Shown here: positions 34,922 through 44,688 of the stretch, piece by piece
Layout: each line of letters opens with the position of its first letter
Numbering within the stretch: position 1 is the stretch's first letter
Virus record (IMG/VR): IMGVR_UViG_3300008255_000135
Span: 5,351 to 69,350 of that record
Origin: a virus
Lineage: Duplodnaviria > Caudoviricetes
Length of the DNA: 64,000 nucleotides
Direction: 5' to 3' (one strand)
Notes under the pieces: generated by a model
The model's input: the letters and a program-made list of their open reading frames with translations, nothing else
What the model was told of the DNA's origin: nothing
Database searches by the model: none
Position numbers and translations under genes: made by a program

Positions 34922-35710
34922 TCACAGCTCGTTTAGGCTCGTGTCGAAGGCTGCGACCCGCAGCCGGGGAGCGGTGGGCCATCCACCGACTCGGCGAAGA
35001 CGGTACCGGAATCCGTTGACCACCGCGACCCGGACCGAGTTCTGGAGGTACCGCGGAGCGAAACTCGTCCCGTCGTGGATCACCTCGTACGAGCCATCGT
35101 CGAACAGCGCGAACACCATCACCGAATGCAGGTCCCCATCCGCGTCCGTCACGGTGAACCCGAGCTCGGTGTCCGGGAGGATCCTCGCTGCCAGGTCAGG
35201 GGTCACCGCCGAGACGATCGGCGGGTTCGGGCTTGGACCGGCTCCGCTTCCGGGCACCCCGGGCGCGTTGGTGACCGTGTACGCCCGGGAAGCGGTCACC
35301 AGGTTTCCCGAGGGGTCCGAGGCGGTCACTCGCAAGGTGAAGTTCTCCCACCACCCACCACTCTGCCGCGCGGCCAGCTCCACGCCGCCGGCGATCGCCG
35401 TGTTTGTGGACGTGGAGAACTGACCCGCAAACGCGCCCCCGGAGTACACGACCTCGGCGTACCCGCTCGGGGTGAAGACCACCGAGGCTTCGATCAGGGC
35501 GAGGACCTCTTTGTCGTCCGTCACCCGGAAGACGACCGCATCATTTGCAAGAATCGCACCAGCCGGGGTGATGATTGAGATCACCGGCGCAACGGGGTCC
35601 GTCAGGTCCTCGGCCGCGGGGCCCAGCATGGCGACGAGCTCCCCAGGGAGTCCTCGGGCGGTGGAGGGCCCCCGCATCAGCGCGGACAAGTCGGCATTTA
35701 GCGCGGCCAT
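34922..35710 (-). CDS. Virion protein with two Ig-like repeats
   Basis: Duplicated P.(I/V)S..TP...F.VTD...V(V/I)..G..F...(GG)W unit. Confidence 0.7.
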   Translation of the reverse strand: MAALNADLSALMRGPSTARGLPGELVAMLGPAAEDLTDPVAPVISIITPAGAILANDAVVFRVTDDKEVLALIEASVVFTPSGYAEVVYSGGAFAGQFSTSTNTAIAGGVELAARQSGGWWENFTLRVTASDPSGNLVTASRAYTVTNAPGVPGSGAGPSPNPPIVSAVTPDLAARILPDTELGFTVTDADGDLHSVMVFALFDDGSYEVIHDGTSFAPRYLQNSVRVAVVNGFRYRLRRVGGWPTAPRLRVAAFDTSLNEL

Positions 35711-36777
35711 TACGCAGTCTCCGGCGCCGTGGATCCGTCCCACGGGACGATGAAGCCCCCGAGGGTCCCCGAGAGCACGAGGAACTGGGGAGTCGCAGCG
35801 TTGGAGGGGTAGGTGTCCCCCACCGAACCGCCCACCGTCGACTGCACATGCCAGAGGTCCGTGGCCTGCCCCAGCCGCCCGCGCATCGCGTCGGACTCGG
35901 CGAACCACCAGATCGGCCACAACAGCGGCGCGCCGGTAGCCGGAAGCGAGTTCAAGGTCTGGTACCCGACCCCACCGTTCCACCCCCACGAGAGCGCGAT
36001 CACCCCCCCACAGTCGACCTGACGGCGGTCCGACTCCATCCCCAAGACGAAAGACCCGCCCGATGTCCCCGTGAAGGCGTCGTCGTCTGCGTGAACCGAC
36101 TCTAGGTTCGCCCCCAAGATCATGGCCACCACTGGACTCAGCCAGTTTCCGGGAGGGTTGGTCGGGACCTCGAATCGCCAGAACCCCATGAGGATATTGG
36201 AGAGGTAGATCAGGACGTTCCAGACCTCCCCGTCGTCGCTCGCCATCACGTGCCACTTCCAGTTACGGGCGGAACCGAGGGCCGAACCGGACCAGGACCC
36301 CGAGGTCGTCGAAGACCCATCGCGCAACATCGCCTCGTCCGACGCGGTTGGGCGCGCGGTAGCGCTTCCCCCGGTGAACCCCGTCACACTCAGGTAGGCG
36401 CAGAGCGAGGCTCCGTCCCCCGAGGACGTGTTTTGACAGGCGAGTAGGAGCTCAACCCCCAAAGCAGCATGAGCCAAGACGATCCAAGAGTGAGCCGCGC
36501 TCGCAGGGGAGGAGTCGGTCCCCAGCACCCACGCAAGGTCAGCGATGGTATTCCACCGGTCCACCCCGTCGAGACCCGCCGCGCTCGCGTTGGAGGAGCC
36601 GACCACCGTCCACGGGACCGTGAAGGTCGCCCCGTCGATCAGCGCGTTCTTGATCCCGAGGAGAAGCGACTTCCGGTCATTGGTCCCATCGATGATCCCC
36701 CCGACCTGCGTCGAATCACCGGCGATCGCGTTGTTGAGGTCGAACTCGTAGGTTTTGATCAGCGCGGGGAGGGCCAT
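35710..36777 (-). CDS. Virion protein, paralog B (possible receptor-binding protein)
   Basis: Shares GG..DGT..RK.LLL..KN.L...PWTV.GSS...DGVDRW.TIADL.W and the terminal PWDGS with the next gene. Confidence 0.75.
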   Translation of the reverse strand: MALPALIKTYEFDLNNAIAGDSTQVGGIIDGTNDRKSLLLGIKNALIDGATFTVPWTVVGSSNASAAGLDGVDRWNTIADLAWVLGTDSSPASAAHSWIVLAHAALGVELLLACQNTSSGDGASLCAYLSVTGFTGGSATARPTASDEAMLRDGSSTTSGSWSGSALGSARNWKWHVMASDDGEVWNVLIYLSNILMGFWRFEVPTNPPGNWLSPVVAMILGANLESVHADDDAFTGTSGGSFVLGMESDRRQVDCGGVIALSWGWNGGVGYQTLNSLPATGAPLLWPIWWFAESDAMRGRLGQATDLWHVQSTVGGSVGDTYPSNAATPQFLVLSGTLGGFIVPWDGSTAPETA

Positions 36778-36786
36778 GGGGAGCTC

Positions 36787-37824
36787 CTATCGAACGAGGG
36801 GGACAGACCCGTCCCAGGGGAAGACGAGCACCCCAAACTGGACCAGGGCGTTGGAAGACGCGGGGTACCCCCGCCCAGTGTAGCCCGCGGTGGGGGCATA
36901 CCAGAGGTCCGCGACGCGACCAAAGAATCCAGTCCACCCAGCGGTCTGGCAAGCCAACCCCACCTCGGACAACGTGAGCCGCCCATCGTAGGGGTTCGGC
37001 GTCGTGAGCAGCTCGGACGCGGAAAGGTTCCGCCACGCCGACGACGGCTGCGCGAGGTAGTAGTCCACCTTCGCCCCCGCGTTGCTCCGCCCCGCCGTGT
37101 GGGCCCCGTCATACGTGGTGGCGAGCGTGATCGAATCGGTGTCGTCGGTTCCACTTTGTTCGATCCGCGCAACCCAAGGGTGGGTGAGGACAAGCCCTGG
37201 GGTGTCCACGATTTCGTCGAACAGCCAAAACCCGATGGTCACCCCGTTGAAGATGGTGACAACGCGAGTCGCCTTCCCATCTGCCGAGTGCTGGATGTGG
37301 ACCAGGTACGTTCGAGGGGTGTTGGTGTCGTCGCCAGAACCCCACCCCCCGCGCGTGGTCGCCGTCCCTGAGAGGATTTGGACCTCCGCGGCAGACGTGG
37401 GGCGCGCAGTGACCGACCCTCCCGTGAAAGGGGTCCCCACCGGGGCCACGAACGCCTGCGCCCCGGCGCCGTCGAAGTTGGCGGAGTTGTAGCAGTCGAA
37501 CAGGAGCTGGATGCCCAGCTGGCTGTTTTGCAGGACGATCCATGAGCGCTGCCCCGAGAGAGAGCTACTCCACCGGAGGTCGGCGATGGTGCTCCACCGG
37601 TCTACCCCGTCCATCGCACCCGCAAGCAACGCGAACGACGAGGACCCAGCGACAGTCCAAGGATTCAGCGCGAACCCCGTGAGCGTGTTCTTCAAGTGGA
37701 GAAGAAGATTCTTCCGGTATTCGGTTCCGTCCGTGGTCCCCCCGGCTTGGGTTGTTTCGCCGGTAATGACCGTGTTGTTGGCGAACTGCCAGGTCCGCTC
37801 CAGTACAGGGTTGACGTTAGTCAC
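36787..37824 (-). CDS. Virion protein, paralog A (possible receptor-binding protein)
   Basis: Same shared motifs as paralog B. Confidence 0.75.
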   Translation of the reverse strand: MTNVNPVLERTWQFANNTVITGETTQAGGTTDGTEYRKNLLLHLKNTLTGFALNPWTVAGSSSFALLAGAMDGVDRWSTIADLRWSSSLSGQRSWIVLQNSQLGIQLLFDCYNSANFDGAGAQAFVAPVGTPFTGGSVTARPTSAAEVQILSGTATTRGGWGSGDDTNTPRTYLVHIQHSADGKATRVVTIFNGVTIGFWLFDEIVDTPGLVLTHPWVARIEQSGTDDTDSITLATTYDGAHTAGRSNAGAKVDYYLAQPSSAWRNLSASELLTTPNPYDGRLTLSEVGLACQTAGWTGFFGRVADLWYAPTAGYTGRGYPASSNALVQFGVLVFPWDGSVPLVR

Positions 37825-37831
37825 AGGGTGC

Positions 37832-38572
37832 TCAGCAGTCGTCCGCGCTGACGCGGAGAGAGAAGGGGAGCTCGAACGAGAGGAGGCTCGCCAGGTAGTT
37901 GAGGAAGTCGATCAGGTCCCGCAGCAGCTGGATGAACCCATCGGTGAGTGTCGGAGATCCGATCTCGGGAATGCACGGGAGGTTCAACAGTTTCAAGAAG
38001 CTGTTGATGATCCCGATGATCCGGTTGATCGGGGCCGCCTGCTCCCCCTGGAAGATCAAGATGCGGTCCAGGTCTCCCGTCGCGCAGTCGAGGATCGGCC
38101 CCAGGATAATGTCCGTGTTCGCGGCGGCCGTCTGCGCGGCCAAGATTCGGAGCGCGTACTCTTGTTGCCGGAGCAGGTTGTTGATCAGCCCCCGGAGGTA
38201 GAGGGCCAGGTTTTGCAGGAACCCCGCCAAGAGGGCCGGAAGCGAGAGCTGCGGAATCAGTTTCAGGAGCGCGTTGATGCGCTGCGCCAGGTTGGGCAGG
38301 CACTCGACGATCTTCTCCGGGTCCAAGGTCGCCGTCGCCTTGACGCAATCAAAGATAGCGAGGATTGCATCAATGATGTTGAAAGTAGGTTGGAGAGGAG
38401 CGAGCGCCGTGTTGAGCTTGGCCATCACGTCTTGGGCAAGCTCCATACCCCCCACGGGGATCAGGCTCGGGATGGCCGCGCAGATCTCCCCGCCCCCGGG
38501 GAACGAGATGCACACCGCCCCGGGTTCCGCGGCAATCGCAAAGCAGAAGGTGTTGTAGTTCGCCAGCGGCAT
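37832..38572 (-). CDS. Hypothetical hydrophobic helical protein following the spike
   Basis: Cys-containing N-terminus, then Leu-rich amphipathic helices. Confidence 0.75.
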   Translation of the reverse strand: MPLANYNTFCFAIAAEPGAVCISFPGGGEICAAIPSLIPVGGMELAQDVMAKLNTALAPLQPTFNIIDAILAIFDCVKATATLDPEKIVECLPNLAQRINALLKLIPQLSLPALLAGFLQNLALYLRGLINNLLRQQEYALRILAAQTAAANTDIILGPILDCATGDLDRILIFQGEQAAPINRIIGIINSFLKLLNLPCIPEIGSPTLTDGFIQLLRDLIDFLNYLASLLSFELPFSLRVSADDC

Positions 38573-39198
38573 CAGATCGCCTTGTCGACCCCTTGGACCA
38601 CCTTGCGGCCAGCAATCTGGATCACGTTGGCCTGGATGTCGATCAGCCCAAGGCTCCGCAGCGCGATGCCCCCGGGAGCGACGATCCCCAGGACCCCCTG
38701 CTCTCGGTCGAACTCCAGCATGAACCCGTGCCCCTCGAAGTCCTCGCCGAGCGACTTCGAGTTGAGGTAGAGCCGCCGCTTACCCTCGCGCTCGTCCGCG
38801 ACGATTTGCCACTCCTCGGTCTCCATCAGGACCTTGACTTTGAGGCTAGCGTCGACCGCCTCGGTGGCCGTCTCGGCTTCCTCCTTGGCGGCCAGCACTG
38901 CGGACGGTTCTTCGCCGATCCCGTGGTGGCCGGGGAGGTAGCGGACCTTCTGTGGGTCGCCCCCGAGGAACCAGACGTAGACCTCGGCGCCGTCCTCGGG
39001 AGGGTAGTGCTGGCCCCGTTGCGCGCTCCCGCCCCCCAGGAGCCCCATGGGGTACGCCCACGCCCCGCCTTCCTCGGCGGTGAGCCCGGGGACGCACACG
39101 CGCACGCGCCCGCGCCCCTTGGGGTCCCGGTTGCTGGTCACGTACCCCTCGTGGACCCCGTAGTAGCGCGGGTCGAGTGCGTCGTCTGAGCTGGCCAT
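38572..39198 (-). CDS. Baseplate spike (gp5/gpV OB-fold)
   Basis: YYGVHEGYVTSNRDPKGRGRVRVCVP...PPEDGAEVYVWFLGGDP. Confidence 0.9.
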   Translation of the reverse strand: MASSDDALDPRYYGVHEGYVTSNRDPKGRGRVRVCVPGLTAEEGGAWAYPMGLLGGGSAQRGQHYPPEDGAEVYVWFLGGDPQKVRYLPGHHGIGEEPSAVLAAKEEAETATEAVDASLKVKVLMETEEWQIVADEREGKRRLYLNSKSLGEDFEGHGFMLEFDREQGVLGIVAPGGIALRSLGLIDIQANVIQIAGRKVVQGVDKAI

Positions 39199-40781
39199 TA
39201 CTTCTTCCCTCGGTTGCCGGCGTCCACGTAGAAGGTCCGGGTCTCCCCGGTCTCGGGGTCCACGGTGGTGCGCGCGACCTTGTCCCGTGCGTCGGCCACG
39301 TCCTTGTCGTTGACCGTTCCGTTCGCCTTCGCATCCTCCTGGTTGGCGATGCGTTTCGCAAGCGAAAGCAGCGCGGTGGAGGCGGCGTAGACCTCGGTGA
39401 GCACGAGCTTCTCCGTCCCGGTCGCACGCTTCCCCTCGACTTGGACGACGCGGACCAGCGCGGTCGTGGTAGCGATCACCGCCTTCAACGCGGGGATCGA
39501 GAGGTCCTCCGCCTGCGCGACCGCGGCCGCCACCTTCTTCGCGGCGTCGATCACCGCGGGAGTCGTCGAAGCGGCGAGAGCTTGCGCGAGGGCTTGGGTA
39601 GCAGAGGCGAGAGCCGACGCGGCCGCGCTGGTCTCCCCGCCTTGGCCTTTCCCGCTGCCGCGCTTGGCCTGGTACCCGTCGGTGATCAACTTGAGGGACG
39701 TGAGGTAGCCCCCGGACCCGCTGAGTTCGTGTGCAGCGTCCTGCACGTAGTATTTGCCAGAGAGCCGGGTCCCGAATCCGCTGAGCTTGACCACCGCCTT
39801 CGCCAAGAGACTCGGGTCTCCCACGATGGTCATGGACATCTTCACCGCGCGCTGGGTCGCCTTGCGGAAGCGTCGCTTGGCGTCGGTCTCCGCTTCGCCC
39901 TGAGTCTGCTGGTTCCCCGCGACATCTTCCTCGTACGCGACCGGCTGATTCTCGCTGATCTTGCGCGTCGATGTCGTGGTCGCTCCCGTCTCGGGGTCCA
40001 CTTCGAGGATGAACTCCTCCAGGGCCTTCACCTCTTGGAGCAGATCGCGGAGGTCGTCGGTCTCGTTGTCGGCGAGCCCGGTAATCGTTTCCTTGGTGTC
40101 GGGGTCGCGCGACTTGACCCGGACTCGGCCGGGCTTGCGGGTGATGTCGTTCTCGACGGACCACGAGATCACATCACCCTGGCCCGGGTCGGTGTAGTAG
40201 AGGATCTCGCGGAGGGGAGCTTGGGCCAGGTCGCGGGGGTGCGCGTGGAAGCCGTCAAAGTCCACGAAGAACTCGTAGCCCTCTTGCTCGCAGAGCTTCC
40301 GAATCATCTGCGCGTCGGTCAGGTTGTCCTGAGTGAGGATCTCGAACCGCTCGCTCGACTCGGCGATCTGGAGGTCCTCGGGCTGGTAGCCGTTCCGGGT
40401 CGCCAGCTCCCGGATCACGTCGGACCGGGTGACGTTCTCCCACGCCTGGCGGACCTTGATGCGGTCGAGCGTCACGTCCTTCGAGTGCGCCTCGATGGTG
40501 AGCTTGGTCGAGCCCTTGACCGAGCGGATCACCGCCTCGCGGAGTGGCGCGAGCTCCGAATCGTACCCGAAGGTGAACTGGATGATGTTTCCGTGAGCCC
40601 AGATCGGATCGTCGAAGTTCGAGAGGTCGAAGTTGTCCACCGTCAGGGTGAGCACATCGGCCTTGCGCTCCGCGTCCTTGAACGAGAGCGACTCGACCTT
40701 GGTCGAGAGGTTGACCGCCTGGCCCTTGGTCCCCGGCTTGCGCACGGCGACAAAGTAGACGGGCCCGCCACGGTCGCGCAC
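39198..40781 (-). CDS. Baseplate hub (gpD/gp27, VgrG-like)
   Basis: ADVLTLTVDN, GDPSLLAKAVV...GFGTRLSGKYYVQDAAH. Confidence 0.88.
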   Translation of the reverse strand: MRDRGGPVYFVAVRKPGTKGQAVNLSTKVESLSFKDAERKADVLTLTVDNFDLSNFDDPIWAHGNIIQFTFGYDSELAPLREAVIRSVKGSTKLTIEAHSKDVTLDRIKVRQAWENVTRSDVIRELATRNGYQPEDLQIAESSERFEILTQDNLTDAQMIRKLCEQEGYEFFVDFDGFHAHPRDLAQAPLREILYYTDPGQGDVISWSVENDITRKPGRVRVKSRDPDTKETITGLADNETDDLRDLLQEVKALEEFILEVDPETGATTTSTRKISENQPVAYEEDVAGNQQTQGEAETDAKRRFRKATQRAVKMSMTIVGDPSLLAKAVVKLSGFGTRLSGKYYVQDAAHELSGSGGYLTSLKLITDGYQAKRGSGKGQGGETSAAASALASATQALAQALAASTTPAVIDAAKKVAAAVAQAEDLSIPALKAVIATTTALVRVVQVEGKRATGTEKLVLTEVYAASTALLSLAKRIANQEDAKANGTVNDKDVADARDKVARTTVDPETGETRTFYVDAGNRGKK

Positions 40782-40783
40782 GG

Positions 40784-41137
40784 CTAGCGCCTCCCCGGGG
40801 GAGTGAGCACGCGATCCCGAACCGTGCGGAGGCTCGGGACCACGAGTGTCTGGCCCTCCATCAGCGCGATGGTCGGATCGTGGATCGGCCGCGGCTGGAA
40901 GTCTGCGATGATCCACCACAGGGAATCCGAGTAGAACCCGGTCTCGGGGCGGTCCAGCGCGGCGTAGAACCGCGCAGCGATGTCGGTGAGTCGATCACCG
41001 GACTGCACTTGATAGAGCGTGTTGTCCGGCAGATCGACAAACCGGAACTTGGTTCGGTCCGTCAGGTAGTTCTTGATCGGGTCGCCCCCCGCGACTTGCT
41101 GGACGTAGCTATGGCGACTGTACAAACGAGGGGGCAT
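40784..41137 (-). CDS. LysM / Tail-X-like baseplate protein
   Basis: YQVQSGDRLTDIAARFY...LWWIIADFQ...GQTLVVP. Confidence 0.85.
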   Translation of the reverse strand: MPPRLYSRHSYVQQVAGGDPIKNYLTDRTKFRFVDLPDNTLYQVQSGDRLTDIAARFYAALDRPETGFYSDSLWWIIADFQPRPIHDPTIALMEGQTLVVPSLRTVRDRVLTPPGRR

Positions 41138-41140
41138 CGG

Positions 41141-41665
41141 TCACTGGCCTCCCGGGGCTTCGCCCGTGCGGAGCACGCCGAAGGAGCGAGCGTCCTCGCT
41201 GGTCCAACGCACATCCCGCATTTCTTCAAACTGGCAGTCCGCGGTGAACTGCACCACTTCGCCGAACTGGTTGAATCGCTGGTTGTTGATGTTGAGCTGG
41301 ATGATTTTGGTCGTCAACGAGAGGACGTTGGGCCACACAATCAGCGCTCGGGGAGGTTGTCCGCTGACGATGCTGTCCGCGTTGGCGCGGGGGTAGCAGA
41401 GCGCGTAGAGGAACTTCTTGACCTCGTCCCCGCCGGCCTTCTGCGCAGGGTCCCGCCCGAGGAAGAAGAACTTCATGGGGACCTGGAGGTTCCCCGTGTT
41501 GGTGTACTGGAGCGGCTGATGCGACAAACCGAGGACCGAGGGCCGCTGGTAGTTCACCTGCAAGTTCTCCTGGAACTGCGTCGGGTTGAACTGCATCACG
41601 AACCCCTCGTTGGTGACGAGGTTGAAGATGCGCACGCGCGGGGGTCGTTCGCCGGTGTCCACCAT
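41141..41665 (-). CDS. Tube-initiator (CIS tube / gp48-like) protein
   Basis: MQFNPTQFQEN...PLQYTNTG...PPRALIVW. Confidence 0.85.
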   Translation of the reverse strand: MVDTGERPPRVRIFNLVTNEGFVMQFNPTQFQENLQVNYQRPSVLGLSHQPLQYTNTGNLQVPMKFFFLGRDPAQKAGGDEVKKFLYALCYPRANADSIVSGQPPRALIVWPNVLSLTTKIIQLNINNQRFNQFGEVVQFTADCQFEEMRDVRWTSEDARSFGVLRTGEAPGGQ

Positions 41666-41668
41666 GGC

Positions 41669-44404
41669 TCAATCCTCCGCCGAAGCGTCCCCTCCGAAGC
41701 TGAGCGCGGAGGCCTTCTTCTGGCCCTTCAAGGTGGCTTGGCCCAACGCCTCCCCGTCCACGACCAGCTGGACCACCTGCGTGGTCTCGGTGGTCTTGCT
41801 GTTGGCCTCGGAGAGCACGGCCCGGAGTGCCGCAGCCTGACCATCCGCCGCAGCCGCGCGGGAGCTCGCTTCCTTCTCGGCCGCGCCGGCGATGTTGTTC
41901 TGGTAGGGCACCGTGGGGACGTTCGCGTACGCGAACTGTTGACCCATCTGTTGCTCGAAGTCCGCATCCAGCTGGCCCATGGTGGCCGCGGTGTCGCGGC
42001 TCCGACGGGCGCTGATGAAGTCGTCGAGGAACTCCGGGCGGACGGACTCGGGGAGCTGCGCGGCTACGTCGGCGAGCAGGTCGAGCAGGTTGTTGATCTG
42101 CTCCGCGACCGCGTTGAACACGCTCATGAAGTAGTCCGCGTACCCCCCGAAGATGCTCTCCAGGCCCTCCCCGAAGGCCTTGAAGGCCCCCTTGATGTCG
42201 CCATTCAGGAGCTTCCCGAACCCCTCGAAGAACAGAATGAGCCCGGCGAACACCGACTTGACCAGGCGCACCGCCCCGACCACGACCTCCACCCAGAACT
42301 GGATGATGCGGACGATCGCCGTGAACACGGCGAGCATGGGCCCGAGCACGGTAGTGGTGATGAACCCGATCACCTTGCCGAGGCCCTCGAAGAATCCTGT
42401 CGAGGTCCCGACCTGGGCATCCATGATCCCCAGCTCCTGCATCAGTGTGGAAATGGCTTCCCCGATGTCCGCAAAGGCCTCGCGGATCTGCGTGAAGAAC
42501 GGCGAGAGTAGGACGAACCCCGCGCGGACCCCCTTCACCCAGCCGGCCCACATCGAGAGGTAAGCGGAGAGCAGGTTGATCACGATCGTGAGCACGCGCG
42601 CCACGATGCGACCGATCGTGGTTCCGATCTTCATGAACCGCTCGGAGGGTCCCATCGCGTTGTCGGCGTCGGAGCCCACGATTCGGAAGGCCTCGGCGAC
42701 CTTGTTGACCGCCTGGCCGAAGGACTGGAACACGGGGAAGGCTTCCTCGACAAACCCCATGAACCCCGCTTTCAGGCCCTCGATGAACCGCTGGACCCGG
42801 TGCCCCCACTTGATCAAGACCGTGAGGAACATCAGCACTGGGGCGTTCTCCGGGCGCGTGAGCTTCTTCGCTACGTCCCCCGAGAAGAACCCGTCCTCCA
42901 TGAACTGGAACAGCCCCTCGAAGAACAGCTGGACCCGCTCGATGATCGGCCTGAGTCGCGTCGCCAGGCCCCCGAGGTTCTTCTGGAAGGCGGCGTAGAG
43001 CGTCCCCATCACCGCCCCGATGCCGGCAAGGGCTGCTCCGATGCCGGCGATCGCGGGGGCGGCGGTGACCAGTGCGGAGACGAACGAGGCGATCGCCGGC
43101 CCCGCAACGGCGACTGTTCCCGCGACGACGAGAATCACACCCCCCAGGGCCAAGAGTGCGGAGCCAACGACCAGCGCGACGCCGACCATCTTCTGCATCT
43201 GCGGCGGGAGCTTCTGGAAAAGCTCGATCACCTGGTTGACCGCAATCCGAATCCCATTCACCACGGGCTCCAAAGCCTCGGCGAGCGGCTGCCCGAGCGT
43301 GACGGCCAGCGTCTCCACGGTTCCCTTCAACAACACGAGCTGCCCTGGGAGGGTATCGAGCAAGGCTTCCCGGAACTTCGCGGCCGTACCCTCGGCGCCC
43401 GCCATCGAGTCCCGCAGGAACTGCATGGCTTCGGCGCCCTTGATGATCTCCCCGTTGGCGTTGCGGATGCCCGTCGTGAGCTGCGAGGAGACGGCTTGGT
43501 ACGCTGTGACGCCGAACCGCGAGTAGAGCTCGGTCGCAATCGCCACCCGCTCCGCGTCGTTCGTGTACTTCGACAACGCGTCGGTGGTGTCCATCACCAC
43601 GTCCATGAAGGGGCGGAACTTGCCCTGCGCATCCGTCACCGACACGCCAACCGCTTTGAACTTGTCCGCGTTCTTGGCCATCATCGTGAGCGCAGAGCTC
43701 ACGGCGTTCGCTGCTACGGATGCGTCAACACCGGTGTTTTTGACAAGCCCGATGCTCGGGAGCATCTCGTCGATCGACTGCTTGGTCAGGCCAGCGCCAC
43801 GGGAAACCGTGCCCAAGGCGTTCTCCAGGTCGTTGGCCTGGAGCGCCGTGACGTTGGAGATCTTCAAGAGCTTGTCCGCGACCACACCCGCCTGGTCCGC
43901 CTCCAGGCTGAAAACCCGGAGTGCGGAAGCGGTGGTGGACGACGCCTGCGCGATGCCGATCTGGCCGCCCGCCGCGAGGTCGAGCGCGCCGCGGAAAGCC
44001 TGCATCGACTCGGCCGCATTCAGGCCCCGCACCCCGAGCTCCGCCAAGCCCTCGGCGGATTCTTTGGGGGAGAACTGGGTGTCGAGCCCCGCCTGGATTG
44101 CCGCCGCCGAGAGGTCTTCCAGGTCCTTGGCGGAGGCCCCAGTGATGGCGCCCACCTTGGCGATCACCTGCTCGAACTCGCCCGCGGCTTTGGCCGACTG
44201 GAACGCTACCGCGAGCCCACCCACGCCCGCGGCCATAGTGGCGGTCCCCACCATCATGGCTCCTTGCGCGGCCTGGGTGTTCTTCTGCGTCTTCTCGGTC
44301 GCGCGATCGAGCTTCCGGTAGTTCTTGTCGACCTTGTTCATCACCGGGGAGGCGCGATCCTCCGCGGTGAACAAGAACCCAAGACCGAACTGGTTGCGCG
44401 CCAT
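41669..44404 (-). CDS. Tape measure protein (TP901-type core)
   Basis: TQFSPKESAEGLAELG, GTAAKFREALLDTLPGQL; long amphipathic helices. Confidence 0.93.
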   Translation of the reverse strand: MARNQFGLGFLFTAEDRASPVMNKVDKNYRKLDRATEKTQKNTQAAQGAMMVGTATMAAGVGGLAVAFQSAKAAGEFEQVIAKVGAITGASAKDLEDLSAAAIQAGLDTQFSPKESAEGLAELGVRGLNAAESMQAFRGALDLAAGGQIGIAQASSTTASALRVFSLEADQAGVVADKLLKISNVTALQANDLENALGTVSRGAGLTKQSIDEMLPSIGLVKNTGVDASVAANAVSSALTMMAKNADKFKAVGVSVTDAQGKFRPFMDVVMDTTDALSKYTNDAERVAIATELYSRFGVTAYQAVSSQLTTGIRNANGEIIKGAEAMQFLRDSMAGAEGTAAKFREALLDTLPGQLVLLKGTVETLAVTLGQPLAEALEPVVNGIRIAVNQVIELFQKLPPQMQKMVGVALVVGSALLALGGVILVVAGTVAVAGPAIASFVSALVTAAPAIAGIGAALAGIGAVMGTLYAAFQKNLGGLATRLRPIIERVQLFFEGLFQFMEDGFFSGDVAKKLTRPENAPVLMFLTVLIKWGHRVQRFIEGLKAGFMGFVEEAFPVFQSFGQAVNKVAEAFRIVGSDADNAMGPSERFMKIGTTIGRIVARVLTIVINLLSAYLSMWAGWVKGVRAGFVLLSPFFTQIREAFADIGEAISTLMQELGIMDAQVGTSTGFFEGLGKVIGFITTTVLGPMLAVFTAIVRIIQFWVEVVVGAVRLVKSVFAGLILFFEGFGKLLNGDIKGAFKAFGEGLESIFGGYADYFMSVFNAVAEQINNLLDLLADVAAQLPESVRPEFLDDFISARRSRDTAATMGQLDADFEQQMGQQFAYANVPTVPYQNNIAGAAEKEASSRAAAADGQAAALRAVLSEANSKTTETTQVVQLVVDGEALGQATLKGQKKASALSFGGDASAED

Positions 44405-44409
44405 CGTAG

Positions 44410-44688
44410 CTACTTCCGGGAGAGGGCCCGCGACTCGTCTTCCCAGCGCTCCCCGAGCCAACGATACCACCAGAGCAAGTCAAGCCACTCCAGTGACCTA
44501 ATGTCGGACAGTGTCAGGTTGGTCCCCGAGCCCGGGTACCGCTTGTAGGTCAGCGTCGCCGCGAGGTTGAGGTAGGCTTCCCGGTCGGGGAGGTTGAGGA
44601 GCGTCAGGATCCCCGGCTCGGCCGTCGGACCTTCCGCCCTTCGGTAGAACGCCGCCGTTGCGGCGTCCAGAACTCGCCCTCCAAAGGG
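44410..44688 (-). CDS. -1-frame extension of the tail assembly chaperone (gpGT-like)
   Basis: Open frame ...LNLPDREAYLNLAATL...LTLSDIRSLEWLDLLWWY...* between the chaperone and the tape measure; no own ATG; candidate slippery site C CCT TTG at 44682-44688. Confidence 0.65.
   Translation of the reverse strand, partial: PFGGRVLDAATAAFYRRAEGPTAEPGILTLLNLPDREAYLNLAATLTYKRYPGSGTNLTLSDIRSLEWLDLLWWYRWLGERWEDESRALSRK

Noticed and set aside
35710-37824. Diversity-generating retroelement or invertible tail-fibre cassette
   Set aside because: No reverse transcriptase, template/variable repeat pair, invertase or inverted crossover sites seen
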